64,000 bases of DNA. Origin: Candidatus Latescibacterota bacterium. Lineage in GTDB: Bacteria; Latescibacterota; UBA2968. Shown piece by piece: positions 1 through 10,685 of this stretch. A model generated the notes under the pieces. It searched no databases. It had not been told where the DNA came from and was given only the letters and a program-made list of their open reading frames with translations. The position numbers and the translations under genes were made by a program. The DNA lies in NCBI GenBank assembly GCA_965222605.1, contig OZ244960.1:2880001-2944000 (forward strand), read 5' to 3'. The stretch's first letter is position 1; each line of letters opens with the position of its first letter.

Positions 1-1
1 G

Positions 2-415
2 CGCGTGGGCAGTTCGGCACAGACGGGCGCGATGAAAGCCGTTGCCAGAACCATCAAAGCCGATATCTCCCGCTACAACGAAGTCAAAGCCTTTGCGATG
101 TTCGGCACAGAAGGCCTGGATGCCTCAACTCAGAATTTGTTGAACCACGGCGAGAAGTTAATCGAAATTCTCAAGCAAGATCAATACTCGCCGATGTCTC
201 TACAAGAACAGACCGTGGCACTTTTTGCCGCCAATCTGGTCGGTGATTTACCCACTGAAGATGTGCGTCGCTTTGAGCGAGAATTGTTGGCGCACATAGG
301 CCACAGTGAGTTGATGGAAGAAATCCGCGAAAGCGAAGATCTGAGCGATGAAAATGCCGAAAAACTCACAGAAGCCATCGAGAACTTTAAGCGCGGCTTC
401 CGCGTTTCGGTATAA
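2..415 (+). CDS. atpA: F1 ATP synthase subunit alpha, 3' part (truncated by window start)
   Basis: VGSSAQTGAMKAVA...LKQDQYSP motifs typical of the AtpA C-terminus; directly upstream of atpG/atpD/atpC. Confidence 0.95.
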   Translation, partial: RVGSSAQTGAMKAVARTIKADISRYNEVKAFAMFGTEGLDASTQNLLNHGEKLIEILKQDQYSPMSLQEQTVALFAANLVGDLPTEDVRRFERELLAHIGHSELMEEIRESEDLSDENAEKLTEAIENFKRGFRVSV

Positions 416-433
416 GAGAACAAAGGACCGGAT

Positions 434-2670
<2,237 letters not shown>

Positions 2671-2677
2671 GAATCAG

Positions 2678-2746
2678 GTAAGAAGTAAGACGTAAAAGGT
2701 GAGAGGGCCACCCTACCTCTCTCACGTCTCACGTTTCACGTCTCAC
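2678..2746. repeat. Inverted pair of degenerate 7-mer tandem repeats (GTAAGAA-like x4, TCTCACG-like x4) able to form a hairpin between atpD and atpC
   Basis: gtaagaa gtaagac gtaaaag gtgagag ... tctcacg tctcacg tttcacg tctcac. Confidence 0.6.
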
Positions 2747-2757
2747 CGCCTTTAAAA

Positions 2758-3162
2758 ATGGCCTCTTTCCAATTAGACATCGTAACACCCGAAAAAACCG
2801 TGTACTCTGGCGAAATTGTGCATTTTCAAGCGCCGGGAGTTGACGGCAGTTTTGGCGTACTGGCGCGCCACCAGCCCCTGCTGGCCGCACTCGGCATTGG
2901 TCGGGTCGGTCTCCGAGAAGCAGATGGCACCGAGCGCACCCTCGCCATCAGCGGTGGATTCGCCAATGTATCGGGTGACGGTGCAACAATCCTCGCAGAA
3001 GCAGCCGAGTTTGGCGATGAGATCGACATAGAACGCGCGCGCGCCGCACGAGATCGGGCACAAGAGCGATTGGACAACCGCACACCCGACGTAGATGTAG
3101 AACGCGCACAAACAGCACTGGCACGGGCGTTTATACGGCTGCGCGTGACAGGTGCTGAATAG
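2758..3162 (+). CDS. atpC: F1 ATP synthase subunit epsilon
   Basis: LDIVTPE, GSFGVLARHQP, ISGGF, IDIERA motifs; last gene of the atp operon. Confidence 0.96.
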   Translation: MASFQLDIVTPEKTVYSGEIVHFQAPGVDGSFGVLARHQPLLAALGIGRVGLREADGTERTLAISGGFANVSGDGATILAEAAEFGDEIDIERARAARDRAQERLDNRTPDVDVERAQTALARAFIRLRVTGAE

Positions 3163-3184
3163 TATTTTTAGAAATAGAAATGAG

Positions 3185-3219
3185 AAAGCACGCTCCGATT
3201 GATTAGAGCGTGCTTTTTT
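3185..3219 (+). terminator. Rho-independent terminator of the atp operon (type A, copy 1)
   Basis: aaagcacgctc...gagcgtgcttt stem followed by a T-run. Confidence 0.85.
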
Positions 3220-3236
3220 ATTTTTTTATCTGACCC

Positions 3237-3274
3237 ACGGTTCGTTGACACCTTTTTGGCTCTGGACTATATTG
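3237..3274 (+). promoter_or_regulatory. Sigma70 promoter, repeat copy 1
   Basis: TTGACA (3245-3250), 17 bp spacer, TATATT (3268-3273); near-identical blocks at ~6863, ~8220 and ~10608. Confidence 0.8.
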
Positions 3275-3334
3275 TGGATGATCGTGGGAGGGCAAGGGAG
3301 ATTGTATTCAGTATTGAAAGGATAAGAATTAAAC

Positions 3335-4360
3335 ATGACTGATGTTGCGCTGCGCGTACTCGTGACAGGTGCTGCGGGATTTATTGGATTTCATCTTTCC
3401 AAACTACTGCTCGAAATGGGTTATTCAGTAGTCGGATTGGACAATGTGAACGATTATTACAATACCCAGCTCAAAGAAGATCGCCTATCTATTCTAAAGC
3501 GGGAAGACGGATTCAAATTTGTTCGCATGCATCTCGAGGACGAAAAGGGAATCGCAGACCTTTTTCGCGCAGAGCATTTTTCTCATGTCATCAATCTCGC
3601 AGGTCAGACAGGCGTGCGTTACAGTCTGGAAAACCCTTTGGTTTATGTCAAAAGCAATGTGATGGGTTTTCTCAACATCCTGGAGGGATGTCGCCATTGC
3701 GATATCGAACATCTGGTCTATGCGTCGTCGAGTTCTGTTTATGGCTTGAACGCCACCACGCCTCATGGCGTCCGTCAAAACGTCGATCATCCGATCAGCT
3801 TGTACGCGGCGACAAAAAAATCAGATGAACTAATGGCGCATGTGTATAGCCATTTGCACGGCATTCCGACCACAGGATTGCGCTTTTTCTCTGTGTATGG
3901 ACCCTGGGGACGTCCGGATTTTGTCGCCTACTTGTGGACCAAAGCCATTTTGGAAGATCGACCGGTCAAAGTCTATAATCACGGCAAGATGCGTCGCAGT
4001 TTTACGTATGTCGGCGACATTGTCAAAGGGATAGTTCGCGTACTGTCAAATCCCGCAAAGCCAGATCCCGAGTGGACAGGACAATGTCCCGAACCGGGAT
4101 CGAGTTCCAGCCCCTATCGCATTTACAATATTGGCAATCCCAATGTCATAGAACTGGAGTATTTCCTCTCGCTATTGGAGGATTTATTGGGCAAAAAGGC
4201 TATCCGAAAAGATTTGCCCATGCAGCCCGGAGACGTACAGGATAATGCAGCAGATGTTTCGGAGCTAATGCGAGATGTGGGCTACAATCCCTCAACGCCC
4301 ATAGAAACAGGGCTTGCAAATTTTGTCGCGTGGTACAAGGACTATCACAATGTGAAGTAA
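3335..4360 (+). CDS. NAD-dependent epimerase, UDP-glucuronate 4-epimerase-like
   Basis: GAAGFIG Rossmann motif, YASSSSVYG, YAATKK catalytic YxxxK, RFFSVYGPWGRPD, PMQPGDV. Confidence 0.9.
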   Translation: MTDVALRVLVTGAAGFIGFHLSKLLLEMGYSVVGLDNVNDYYNTQLKEDRLSILKREDGFKFVRMHLEDEKGIADLFRAEHFSHVINLAGQTGVRYSLENPLVYVKSNVMGFLNILEGCRHCDIEHLVYASSSSVYGLNATTPHGVRQNVDHPISLYAATKKSDELMAHVYSHLHGIPTTGLRFFSVYGPWGRPDFVAYLWTKAILEDRPVKVYNHGKMRRSFTYVGDIVKGIVRVLSNPAKPDPEWTGQCPEPGSSSSPYRIYNIGNPNVIELEYFLSLLEDLLGKKAIRKDLPMQPGDVQDNAADVSELMRDVGYNPSTPIETGLANFVAWYKDYHNVK

Positions 4361-4380
4361 ATCGGAGAAACAGAAAGGAG

Positions 4381-4411
4381 AAAGCACGCTCTGTTTAGAG
4401 CGTGCTTTTTT
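4381..4411 (+). terminator. Rho-independent terminator (type A, copy 2)
   Basis: aaagcacgctct...agagcgtgcttttt; same stem and similar upstream purine tract as 3185-3219. Confidence 0.85.
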
Positions 4412-4643
4412 GTTTTCCTTTCAGGTCAAAACCCCAAGGTGGTATGGTGAAAGCTCAAGACGCATATAAGGAACAAATCTTCAGCCTATAAGTCTATGTT
4501 GTGGAAACAGATTACTTTGGGGAAATGATACATTAAGCAGATGATACAATGTATCCTTTAATGGCATTGTTCCAAACCAGATTGCCCTCTCCGCCTCTGA
4601 TGTACTCCTGTGGAATGCTGGCAGCCTTCCTTGAGGAGAAGAT

Positions 4644-5309
4644 ATGAAATACTTTATGAGTATCCTGGTCTTGTTGATAATGTCTTATTCTGCTCCTATT
4701 TTCGGACAGCACATCGTCGCTGTCCGGTGGGGTGGAAATATGACAAAAATCGGTGGTTTTGATCATCAGGGCACGCCGCGCAGAAGTATGAGGATAGGCG
4801 CCTCTGTAACCATTCCAATACAGAACCGCTTTAGCCTTCAAGCTCATGGCGACTATGTCCCAAAAGGAGCAAGAGAGGACGATTTTTATTATTATACCGG
4901 ATTATACATTGACTACATCGAACTTTCAGGATTGGGAGTTTTTACAGTCTTCGCTCCTTCTCGGGGACCCTCTTTGTCTATACTCGCCGGGCCTACGATA
5001 GCATTCAAGATCAAAAACCGAGGAGAAGAAATACTGGCAAAAAGATACGGGCAGGGCCAAAATCGCTTTGAATTCAAATCTATGGACTTTGGTTTTGCTG
5101 GCGGGATCGGTACACAGATAGCAATTTTCAAACCATGGATAGTCACAACAGAGATTCTATACACCAGGAGCATCCGATCTATCAACAAAACCACTTTCTA
5201 TATCATAGATTTTGATTCTCACACAGCAGAAAAACGTGGCCTGATGAACCACGCCCTTTCCTTCTCTGTTGGGCTCGGTTTTTCTTATGGCAGAAGAACG
5301 GGAGGTTAA
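4644..5309 (+). CDS. Outer-membrane beta-barrel / porin-family protein
   Basis: N-terminal signal peptide, alternating beta-strand pattern, DFGFAGGIG, C-terminal FSVGLGFSY strand; GAGGAG RBS. Confidence 0.65.
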   Translation: MKYFMSILVLLIMSYSAPIFGQHIVAVRWGGNMTKIGGFDHQGTPRRSMRIGASVTIPIQNRFSLQAHGDYVPKGAREDDFYYYTGLYIDYIELSGLGVFTVFAPSRGPSLSILAGPTIAFKIKNRGEEILAKRYGQGQNRFEFKSMDFGFAGGIGTQIAIFKPWIVTTEILYTRSIRSINKTTFYIIDFDSHTAEKRGLMNHALSFSVGLGFSYGRRTGG

Positions 5310-5310
5310 A

Positions 5311-6717
5311 ATGAACTCTGTCATGTCAACATATATTCGCAGGATCCTTGTGGTAGCACTGACTACTGGTGTGATGGGGAGCCCTATATGGGGGCAGGAG
5401 ATTGAGACGGCTGTAACCTCATTTGTGATAGGCGGCGTGACACTCCAGGAAGATGTGAAGAATCCACCCGTGCCGAGTGGCATGCAGAGATTTGAAATCA
5501 CAATGAATAAACCAGTCGTAACTTTTTACGAATTGAGGGAACCTGAAACTTTGCCCTATTTCGATGGCGACAGCATCACCCAGGTAACTATCACTAAGTA
5601 CTTTGATATTGACCGAGATGTTATTTCCTATCCTATTGACCTGCTTTTAGATATCACAATCGCGCAGGATCTGGCCATTAGTCCAGATAGCTTGACATTA
5701 ACAGGCACCATCAGCCTGCCAAAAGGTGCCACCTATCAAGTCCTTTTTGGTGAGTCAGACATAGATCCTATTGATGAACAGCAGCAGTATTTTTTTGGGA
5801 CCGCAGAACTGCCGAATGCTGTTGTTTCTGGTGTAGGCATTGTGGACACCTTACCTGATGGTTTTACAGTAAGCGGTGATCGTTCTGCTGGGGCTGCGCT
5901 CATTGACCCTGAGCGATTTAGACATATTTTCCCATTACTCGAAGAATTCGATGATTTTATTCTATGGTCTTTTGTCCGCATTACCGATTCCAATGAACAA
6001 ATGACATTTGATTTGAAACATGTGCCGGATGGATCTTACGCGATATTGATGGCACATCGTGCAGTGAACGAACAAACCGGCCAGGAGATTCAGATATTTG
6101 GGTATAAAGGGGTCAATCTCTTGACGGGCGAGGTCGATCCTACAGAATTGGTTCAGGTCGTCGATGGAAAAAGCGTGACAGATTTACAAATAGTGTTGCA
6201 AATACCACCAGAAGAACCAGATCCAGTAATTTCTGAAATTCTGGAGGTCAAGGTTCAAAGCGTCAATGCTGAAACAAAATCATTTGTCATTCAACCTGGC
6301 AACCAACAGATACAGATAGATGCTTCAGAGGCCCTGACAGTTTCCCCAGGCCAAATAAGTGCTGAAGAGATCCTCAAGATCTTTTTGTTTTATAATCCTG
6401 ATGATTTCGCACGCATCATTTTTCCTATTACCGACCTGATGGTAGGAGATACCGTTTCTCTCCTGGGAACATACACTTCTGAAACGATGTTCCAGGCCTT
6501 TATAGTAATCCGCCATGAATCGCCTCTGGCACGGAATGGTGATATGGATAGGGATGGGGATGTCGATTTCTCTGATTTTCTACTTTTTACTTCTGCCTTT
6601 GGCACGATGGAAGGAGAACTGGAATACAATCCCTCGGCAGATTTGGACGGGGATGGTGCGGTCGTATTCTCAGACTTTCTGATATTTGCCAGTGCCTTTG
6701 GCAAACCCGTGGGTTAG
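5311..6717 (+). CDS. Secreted protein with C-terminal duplicated dockerin/EF-hand-like repeat
   Basis: GGAGG RBS before ATG 5311; signal peptide; DMDRDGDVDFSDFLLFTSAFG and DLDGDGAVVFSDFLIFASAFG. Confidence 0.75.
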   Translation: MNSVMSTYIRRILVVALTTGVMGSPIWGQEIETAVTSFVIGGVTLQEDVKNPPVPSGMQRFEITMNKPVVTFYELREPETLPYFDGDSITQVTITKYFDIDRDVISYPIDLLLDITIAQDLAISPDSLTLTGTISLPKGATYQVLFGESDIDPIDEQQQYFFGTAELPNAVVSGVGIVDTLPDGFTVSGDRSAGAALIDPERFRHIFPLLEEFDDFILWSFVRITDSNEQMTFDLKHVPDGSYAILMAHRAVNEQTGQEIQIFGYKGVNLLTGEVDPTELVQVVDGKSVTDLQIVLQIPPEEPDPVISEILEVKVQSVNAETKSFVIQPGNQQIQIDASEALTVSPGQISAEEILKIFLFYNPDDFARIIFPITDLMVGDTVSLLGTYTSETMFQAFIVIRHESPLARNGDMDRDGDVDFSDFLLFTSAFGTMEGELEYNPSADLDGDGAVVFSDFLIFASAFGKPVG

Positions 6718-6789
6718 GAGTATGGTATGACACACAATAAACATCCCAGAGGCTGACACCCTGGGCTGTTTTCTATTTCTCTAAAATGA

Positions 6790-6822
6790 AAGAGCGAGTC
6801 CTTTTTGGCTCGCTCTCTTTTT
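6790..6822 (+). terminator. Rho-independent terminator
   Basis: agagcgag...ctcgctct stem plus T-run. Confidence 0.7.
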
Positions 6823-6904
6823 ATTAAAATACTTCGTTGTACTGCGCGGGGCATAATTTTATACGGCTCGTTGACACCCCTTTGGGTTTGGGCTATATTG
6901 CAAA
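6821..6904 (+). promoter_or_regulatory. Sigma70 promoter, repeat copy 2 (with upstream ttattaaaatacttcgttgt...gcggggcata block)
   Basis: TTGACA 6871-6876, 17 bp spacer, TATATT 6894-6899; ~75 bp similar to 10566-10640. Confidence 0.8.
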
Positions 6905-6934
6905 ATAAGAAGTGTGAATTGGAGGATTTAAGTC

Positions 6935-7195
6935 ATGAATACTTATCGCAGGCGTCTTGTAGTCCAAGACCCCAAACAGATTGTGCTTTCTGATGTTCCT
7001 TTTCAAACAGGTCAAGAAGTGGAAATTACCCTGCGTTCAATAGAGCAGCCCACAGTAGAGCGGAAGAATGAGTTACGCGCCCTGTTGAAGAAGACGCAGT
7101 CACTCTCTCAGATTCAAACTCTCACAGAAGAGGATATTCTCGCTGAAATTGAAGCCTATCGGAATTTTTCGTGTCAGCTAACTGCTGCTCGCTGA
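6935..7195 (+). CDS. Small hypothetical protein, probable orphan type II antitoxin
   Basis: GGAGG RBS; LSDVPFQTGQEVEI N-terminus and EEDILAEIEAYR C-terminus resemble antitoxins that usually precede PIN toxins; no toxin follows. Confidence 0.55.
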   Translation: MNTYRRRLVVQDPKQIVLSDVPFQTGQEVEITLRSIEQPTVERKNELRALLKKTQSLSQIQTLTEEDILAEIEAYRNFSCQLTAAR

Positions 7196-7247
7196 CCACT
7201 ATCCTACAGTTACATATGATATGAACTATAAAACAAAAGGCAGTACG

Positions 7248-7562
7248 ATGCTGGACCAATCAACCCTGAACGACATCATCCGGCGCATTGTAGAGGTCGC
7301 TCATCCAGAGAAGATCATTCTCTTTGGGTCCGCCGCGAGGGGCGACTTGAACCGCCATAGCGACGTTGATCTGCTCGTCGTAAAGGACGACAGTGATTCG
7401 TGGACTGTTATGGGAGACATCTACGGAAACCTGCGCGGCATTGGCGTAGCAGTCGATGCAATCGTGGTCACGCCAGCGCAGATGGAACGTTACAAGGATA
7501 GTCACGCACTGGTGATCAAGCCCGCACTGCAAGAGGGAAGGGTCATATATGAAGCAGCCTGA
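7248..7562 (+). CDS. Minimal nucleotidyltransferase (MNT) antitoxin
   Basis: KIILFGSAARGD...SDVDLLVV motif. Confidence 0.85.
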   Translation: MLDQSTLNDIIRRIVEVAHPEKIILFGSAARGDLNRHSDVDLLVVKDDSDSWTVMGDIYGNLRGIGVAVDAIVVTPAQMERYKDSHALVIKPALQEGRVIYEAA

Positions 7563-7683
7563 ACGCTTCCCGCCCGACGACCCTCGGGAATGGCTGAACC
7601 GCGCCAGAAGCAATCTGGTTCGCGCAAAAAACCGAATTCCCGGTGCCTATCTCGAAGACTTGTGTTTCGATGCCCAACAGGCG
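7549..7683 (+). pseudogene. HEPN toxin, 3'-truncated
   Basis: REWLNRARSNL...LCFDAQQA is the N-terminal half of HEPN_MNT proteins; the sequence then switches to a promoter-repeat fragment. Confidence 0.75.
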
Positions 7684-7704
7684 TTGGATTTGGGCTATAT
7701 TGCA
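7684..7704 (+). repeat. Partial promoter repeat (copy 3; -10 half only)
   Basis: ttggatttgggctatattgca matches ttgggtttgggctatattgca of copy 2; TTGACA missing. Confidence 0.7.
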
Positions 7705-7768
7705 CAAAATATCATCCGCAGAAGAAGGATCCTATACATTGACAGAGACACTATACGGAGACGCTGTG

Positions 7769-8140
7769 ATGACACAGGAACAAAATGAGAAAGTCCAAAC
7801 CATTGTCCGTGAGACCACTGCGGAACGTTTCTCGTCGGATGAGTTCGTGTTCGACCCCATTGTGGTGGTACCGACTGTTGACGAATACGGTTCTGACGCC
7901 AGCGGCGAAACGTATCTTCGCATCATTATTGTCTTCGATGGCGATCAGAAGCAACTCGACTCCAGTTGGACATCCAGCTTCATCAGACGCATTCGCCCGA
8001 AGCTGATTAAGGCAGGCATAGAAGAGTTCCCCAGCCCGTCATGGGTTGAGAAATCTGAGTGGTGGAGTCTGTATCCCAAATGGCGACAACAACACCCAGA
8101 GGTAACTATTGAAACCGCCCGTTACGTGGTAGGTCGATAA
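7769..8140 (+). CDS. Hypothetical protein
   Basis: ORF with GGAG RBS before GTG/ATG (7766/7769), followed by a terminator. Confidence 0.6.
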   Translation: MTQEQNEKVQTIVRETTAERFSSDEFVFDPIVVVPTVDEYGSDASGETYLRIIIVFDGDQKQLDSSWTSSFIRRIRPKLIKAGIEEFPSPSWVEKSEWWSLYPKWRQQHPEVTIETARYVVGR

Positions 8141-8155
8141 ATCTCGGTACAATAT

Positions 8156-8184
8156 AAAAAGCCCTCACATTTTGGGGGCTTTTG
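8156..8184 (+). terminator. Rho-independent terminator (type B, copy 1)
   Basis: aaaagccctc acatttt gggggctttt; recurs at 10656-10685. Confidence 0.75.
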
Positions 8185-8187
8185 TAT

Positions 8188-8258
8188 ATTACTTCGTAAT
8201 GCGCAGGATGTAATATAAGACGGTTCGTTGACACCTTTTTGGCTTTGGGCTATATTGC
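8188..8258 (+). promoter_or_regulatory. Sigma70 promoter, repeat copy 4
   Basis: TTGACA 8228-8233, 17 bp spacer, TATATT 8251-8256; preceded by a ttacttcgt block. Confidence 0.8.
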
Positions 8259-8313
8259 TTGAAAGACCGCTCTAATTTTAAGAAATACGACCTTAGATAG
8301 GAATGACCCGAGA

Positions 8314-9273
8314 GTGAATGCAGGTAATTGGACATTTATTGATTTGTTTGCTGGTATTGGCGGGATGCGTATTCCATTTGAAGACTTAGGTGGCACCTGT
8401 GTGTTTAGTTCTGAGTGGGACGAACCGGCTCAACAGACCTATTATCATAACTTTGGTGAAATGCCAGCGGGCGACATTACGCAAATTGAGGAAGCTACGA
8501 TTCCGGAACACGATATTTTATTGGCGGGGTTCCCTTGCCAACCGTTTAGTATTATCGGCAACAAACAGGGGTTTGAAGATACGCGGGGCACGTTATTCTT
8601 TGATATAGAACGGATTTTGAGAGCAAAGCAACCACAGGCATTTCTTCTTGAAAACGTAAGACAGTTGGTGAGCCACGATAGTGGCAGAACTTTTCGGGTA
8701 ATCTGCGAACATCTTCAAGAACTGGGGTACACCATATACCATAAAATTTTGAACGCACTCGATTTCGGGGTGCCTCAAAAGAGAGAACGGATTTTTATTA
8801 TTGGATTTCGAGACCCCATCGCATTCACTTTTCCGACCGGTAACGGGGATTATAAGCCCCTATCAGAGATTATCGAGCCAGATAGCGAAGTAGATCCAAG
8901 TTTGTTTGCATCGGAGAGAATCCGAAAATCGCGTTTTGAAAAATGCAAAATTGAACCGTTTTATCCCTCTATCTGGCATGAAAATAAAGGCGGTAATATA
9001 TCAGTATTGCCGTTTTCATGTGCTTTGCGAGCCGGGGCATCTTATAACTATCTTTTGGTAAATGGCATTCGTCGCCTTTCAGGGCGAGAACTCTTGCGGC
9101 TACAGGGTTTCCCCGAAGATTTTAAGATTGTCGTAAATATCACACAACTTCGTAAGCAGACCGGAAATAGCGTGGCAATTCCCGTAATTCGCGCGATTGC
9201 CGAGAAAATGCAAGAAGCCTTAATACAACGAAAACGCCCAGAACTTCCCGCGAAACAACTCACACTTTTATAG
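8314..9273 (+). CDS. DNA (cytosine-5) methyltransferase
   Basis: FIDLFAGIGG (motif I), GFPCQPFS (IV), LLENV (VI), PQKRERIF (VIII), GNSV (X). Confidence 0.95.
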   Translation: MNAGNWTFIDLFAGIGGMRIPFEDLGGTCVFSSEWDEPAQQTYYHNFGEMPAGDITQIEEATIPEHDILLAGFPCQPFSIIGNKQGFEDTRGTLFFDIERILRAKQPQAFLLENVRQLVSHDSGRTFRVICEHLQELGYTIYHKILNALDFGVPQKRERIFIIGFRDPIAFTFPTGNGDYKPLSEIIEPDSEVDPSLFASERIRKSRFEKCKIEPFYPSIWHENKGGNISVLPFSCALRAGASYNYLLVNGIRRLSGRELLRLQGFPEDFKIVVNITQLRKQTGNSVAIPVIRAIAEKMQEALIQRKRPELPAKQLTLL

Positions 9274-9294
9274 AAACATCAGGGCTTATACTCA

Positions 9295-10353
9295 ATGGAC
9301 AATCGTGCTGCAAAACGAAGCCTGGATACCGTGATCAAAAAAGCCCGTATCCATCTCTACAAACCGATACAGATTGCAGAGATACTCCACAGGGATAGAG
9401 TGGTCGGCGACATTGAGCTTAAAGATTTGGAAACTTATCGAACGCAGTCAAGAAAATGGCGCGATGAGGTTTGTATGAGAATTTTGGGAAGATCTTCGAC
9501 CTCAAGCGCGCGATTCCAGGACAATCTTTTTGATTTAAATGCGACACCTCCACCCGTTCTGATGACATTGGGAGAGATAAATCGCAGATATAACGGCGCA
9601 GTAGAAGCCTACATTTACGAGGCTTTTAGACAGAAACACGCCCAAATGTCGAAATGGTTAGATTATGTGAGATATTCAGACCGAACGAGTTTCAAATTGC
9701 AGAACTTTATTGCGGGTTTCCGACGTGACCCCGGTTTGGCGAGAAGCGTCGATAAAATTTTTGAAATTGTGGTCTATGCCTTGTTCTCAACGCTTTTAGA
9801 AGCTCTTGAAGTAAAAGTCGGTGTGAAGATTGAGAATATTGAAAACGCGATTCTCCGGGAGTTTTCCGACTTCACGGAAAAAGTACTCGGATTGTCTCAA
9901 GCAATGCCCGAGACGTATCAAGATGCTAAGGTCTATAGAGTTGGCGTGACGAACGCCGCTGATAGAGGGCTTGATATGTGGGCGAATTTTGGCGTCGCTA
10001 TTCAAATAAAGCATTTATCCCTGACACCCGAAATGGCAGACGATATTTCTAATAACATTTCAGCCGATAGAATCATCATTGTTTGTAAAGCGTGCGAGAA
10101 AGACGTTCTAATTTCGGTATTGCGACAATTTGGTGGTGCAAACAGAATTCAAAGCGTAATAACAGAAGACGAGCTTGATGTATGGTACGAAAAAGCCTTA
10201 CAGGGAAGATCGGCAACACTAATAGGCGACAAAGTCCTGGAAAGATTGGAGAACGAAATCACAGTTGAATTTCCTTCCACGGTCGAGTTTGATAGGTTTT
10301 TTAAGTCGCGGAGCTACCATCAGTTGCCAATTCTCGATATTTGGCGCGATTGA
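9295..10353 (+). CDS. Type II restriction endonuclease, HaeII/NgoI-like
   Basis: LDTVIKKARIHLYKPIQIAEIL and GVTNAADRGLDMWANFG-AIQIKHL resemble the HaeII family; paired with a C5 MTase. Confidence 0.75.
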   Translation: MDNRAAKRSLDTVIKKARIHLYKPIQIAEILHRDRVVGDIELKDLETYRTQSRKWRDEVCMRILGRSSTSSARFQDNLFDLNATPPPVLMTLGEINRRYNGAVEAYIYEAFRQKHAQMSKWLDYVRYSDRTSFKLQNFIAGFRRDPGLARSVDKIFEIVVYALFSTLLEALEVKVGVKIENIENAILREFSDFTEKVLGLSQAMPETYQDAKVYRVGVTNAADRGLDMWANFGVAIQIKHLSLTPEMADDISNNISADRIIIVCKACEKDVLISVLRQFGGANRIQSVITEDELDVWYEKALQGRSATLIGDKVLERLENEITVEFPSTVEFDRFFKSRSYHQLPILDIWRD

Positions 10354-10407
10354 ACCTTTGTTGCCAGACCAACTCGGGATCATCCTATGTGGCCTGCCCA
10401 AGAATCA

Positions 10408-10565
10408 GTTACGCATGTCTCGCGTTTCTGTCATGCTGAGGAAGCCGTCAGGCTGACGAAGCATCTTTTACTTCTGAAGGTAATAGGTGATAGTAGATTC
10501 TTCGACTCCGCTGCGCTCCGCTCAGAATGACAGGCGCAGGATATTGTGCCTCTGCGTAACGTCAG
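10408..10565. mobile_element. MITE/REP-like palindromic element
   Basis: Terminal inverted gttacgca ... tgcgtaac; internal long hairpin ctgtcatgctgag...gaagcatct ... agattcttcg...ctcagaatgacag. Confidence 0.6.
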
Positions 10566-10642
10566 TTATTAAAATGCTTCGTTGTGCTGCGCGGGGCATA
10601 AGCTAATACGGCTCGTTGACACCCTTTTGGGTTTGGGCTATT
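10566..10642 (+). promoter_or_regulatory. Promoter repeat copy 5 (-10 degraded, no downstream gene)
   Basis: ttattaaaatgcttcgttgtgctgcgcggggcata...cggctcgTTGACAcccttttgggtttgggctattcgg. Confidence 0.7.
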
Positions 10643-10655
10643 CGGAATAAAATCA

Positions 10656-10685
10656 AAAAGCCCCCACATTATGCGGGGGCTTTTG
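10656..10685. terminator. Terminator (type B, copy 2), possibly bidirectional
   Basis: aaaaagccccc acattatgc gggggcttttg. Confidence 0.75.

Noticed and set aside
6826-6866. Resemblance of atacttcgt...gcataattttatacg to loxP
   Set aside because: The arms are not inverted repeats, the spacing is wrong, other copies diverge, and no tyrosine recombinase is in the window.
7684-7788. C-terminal part of the 79-aa HEPN ORF as genuine coding sequence
   Set aside because: It is read-through into the promoter repeat and the leader of the next gene.
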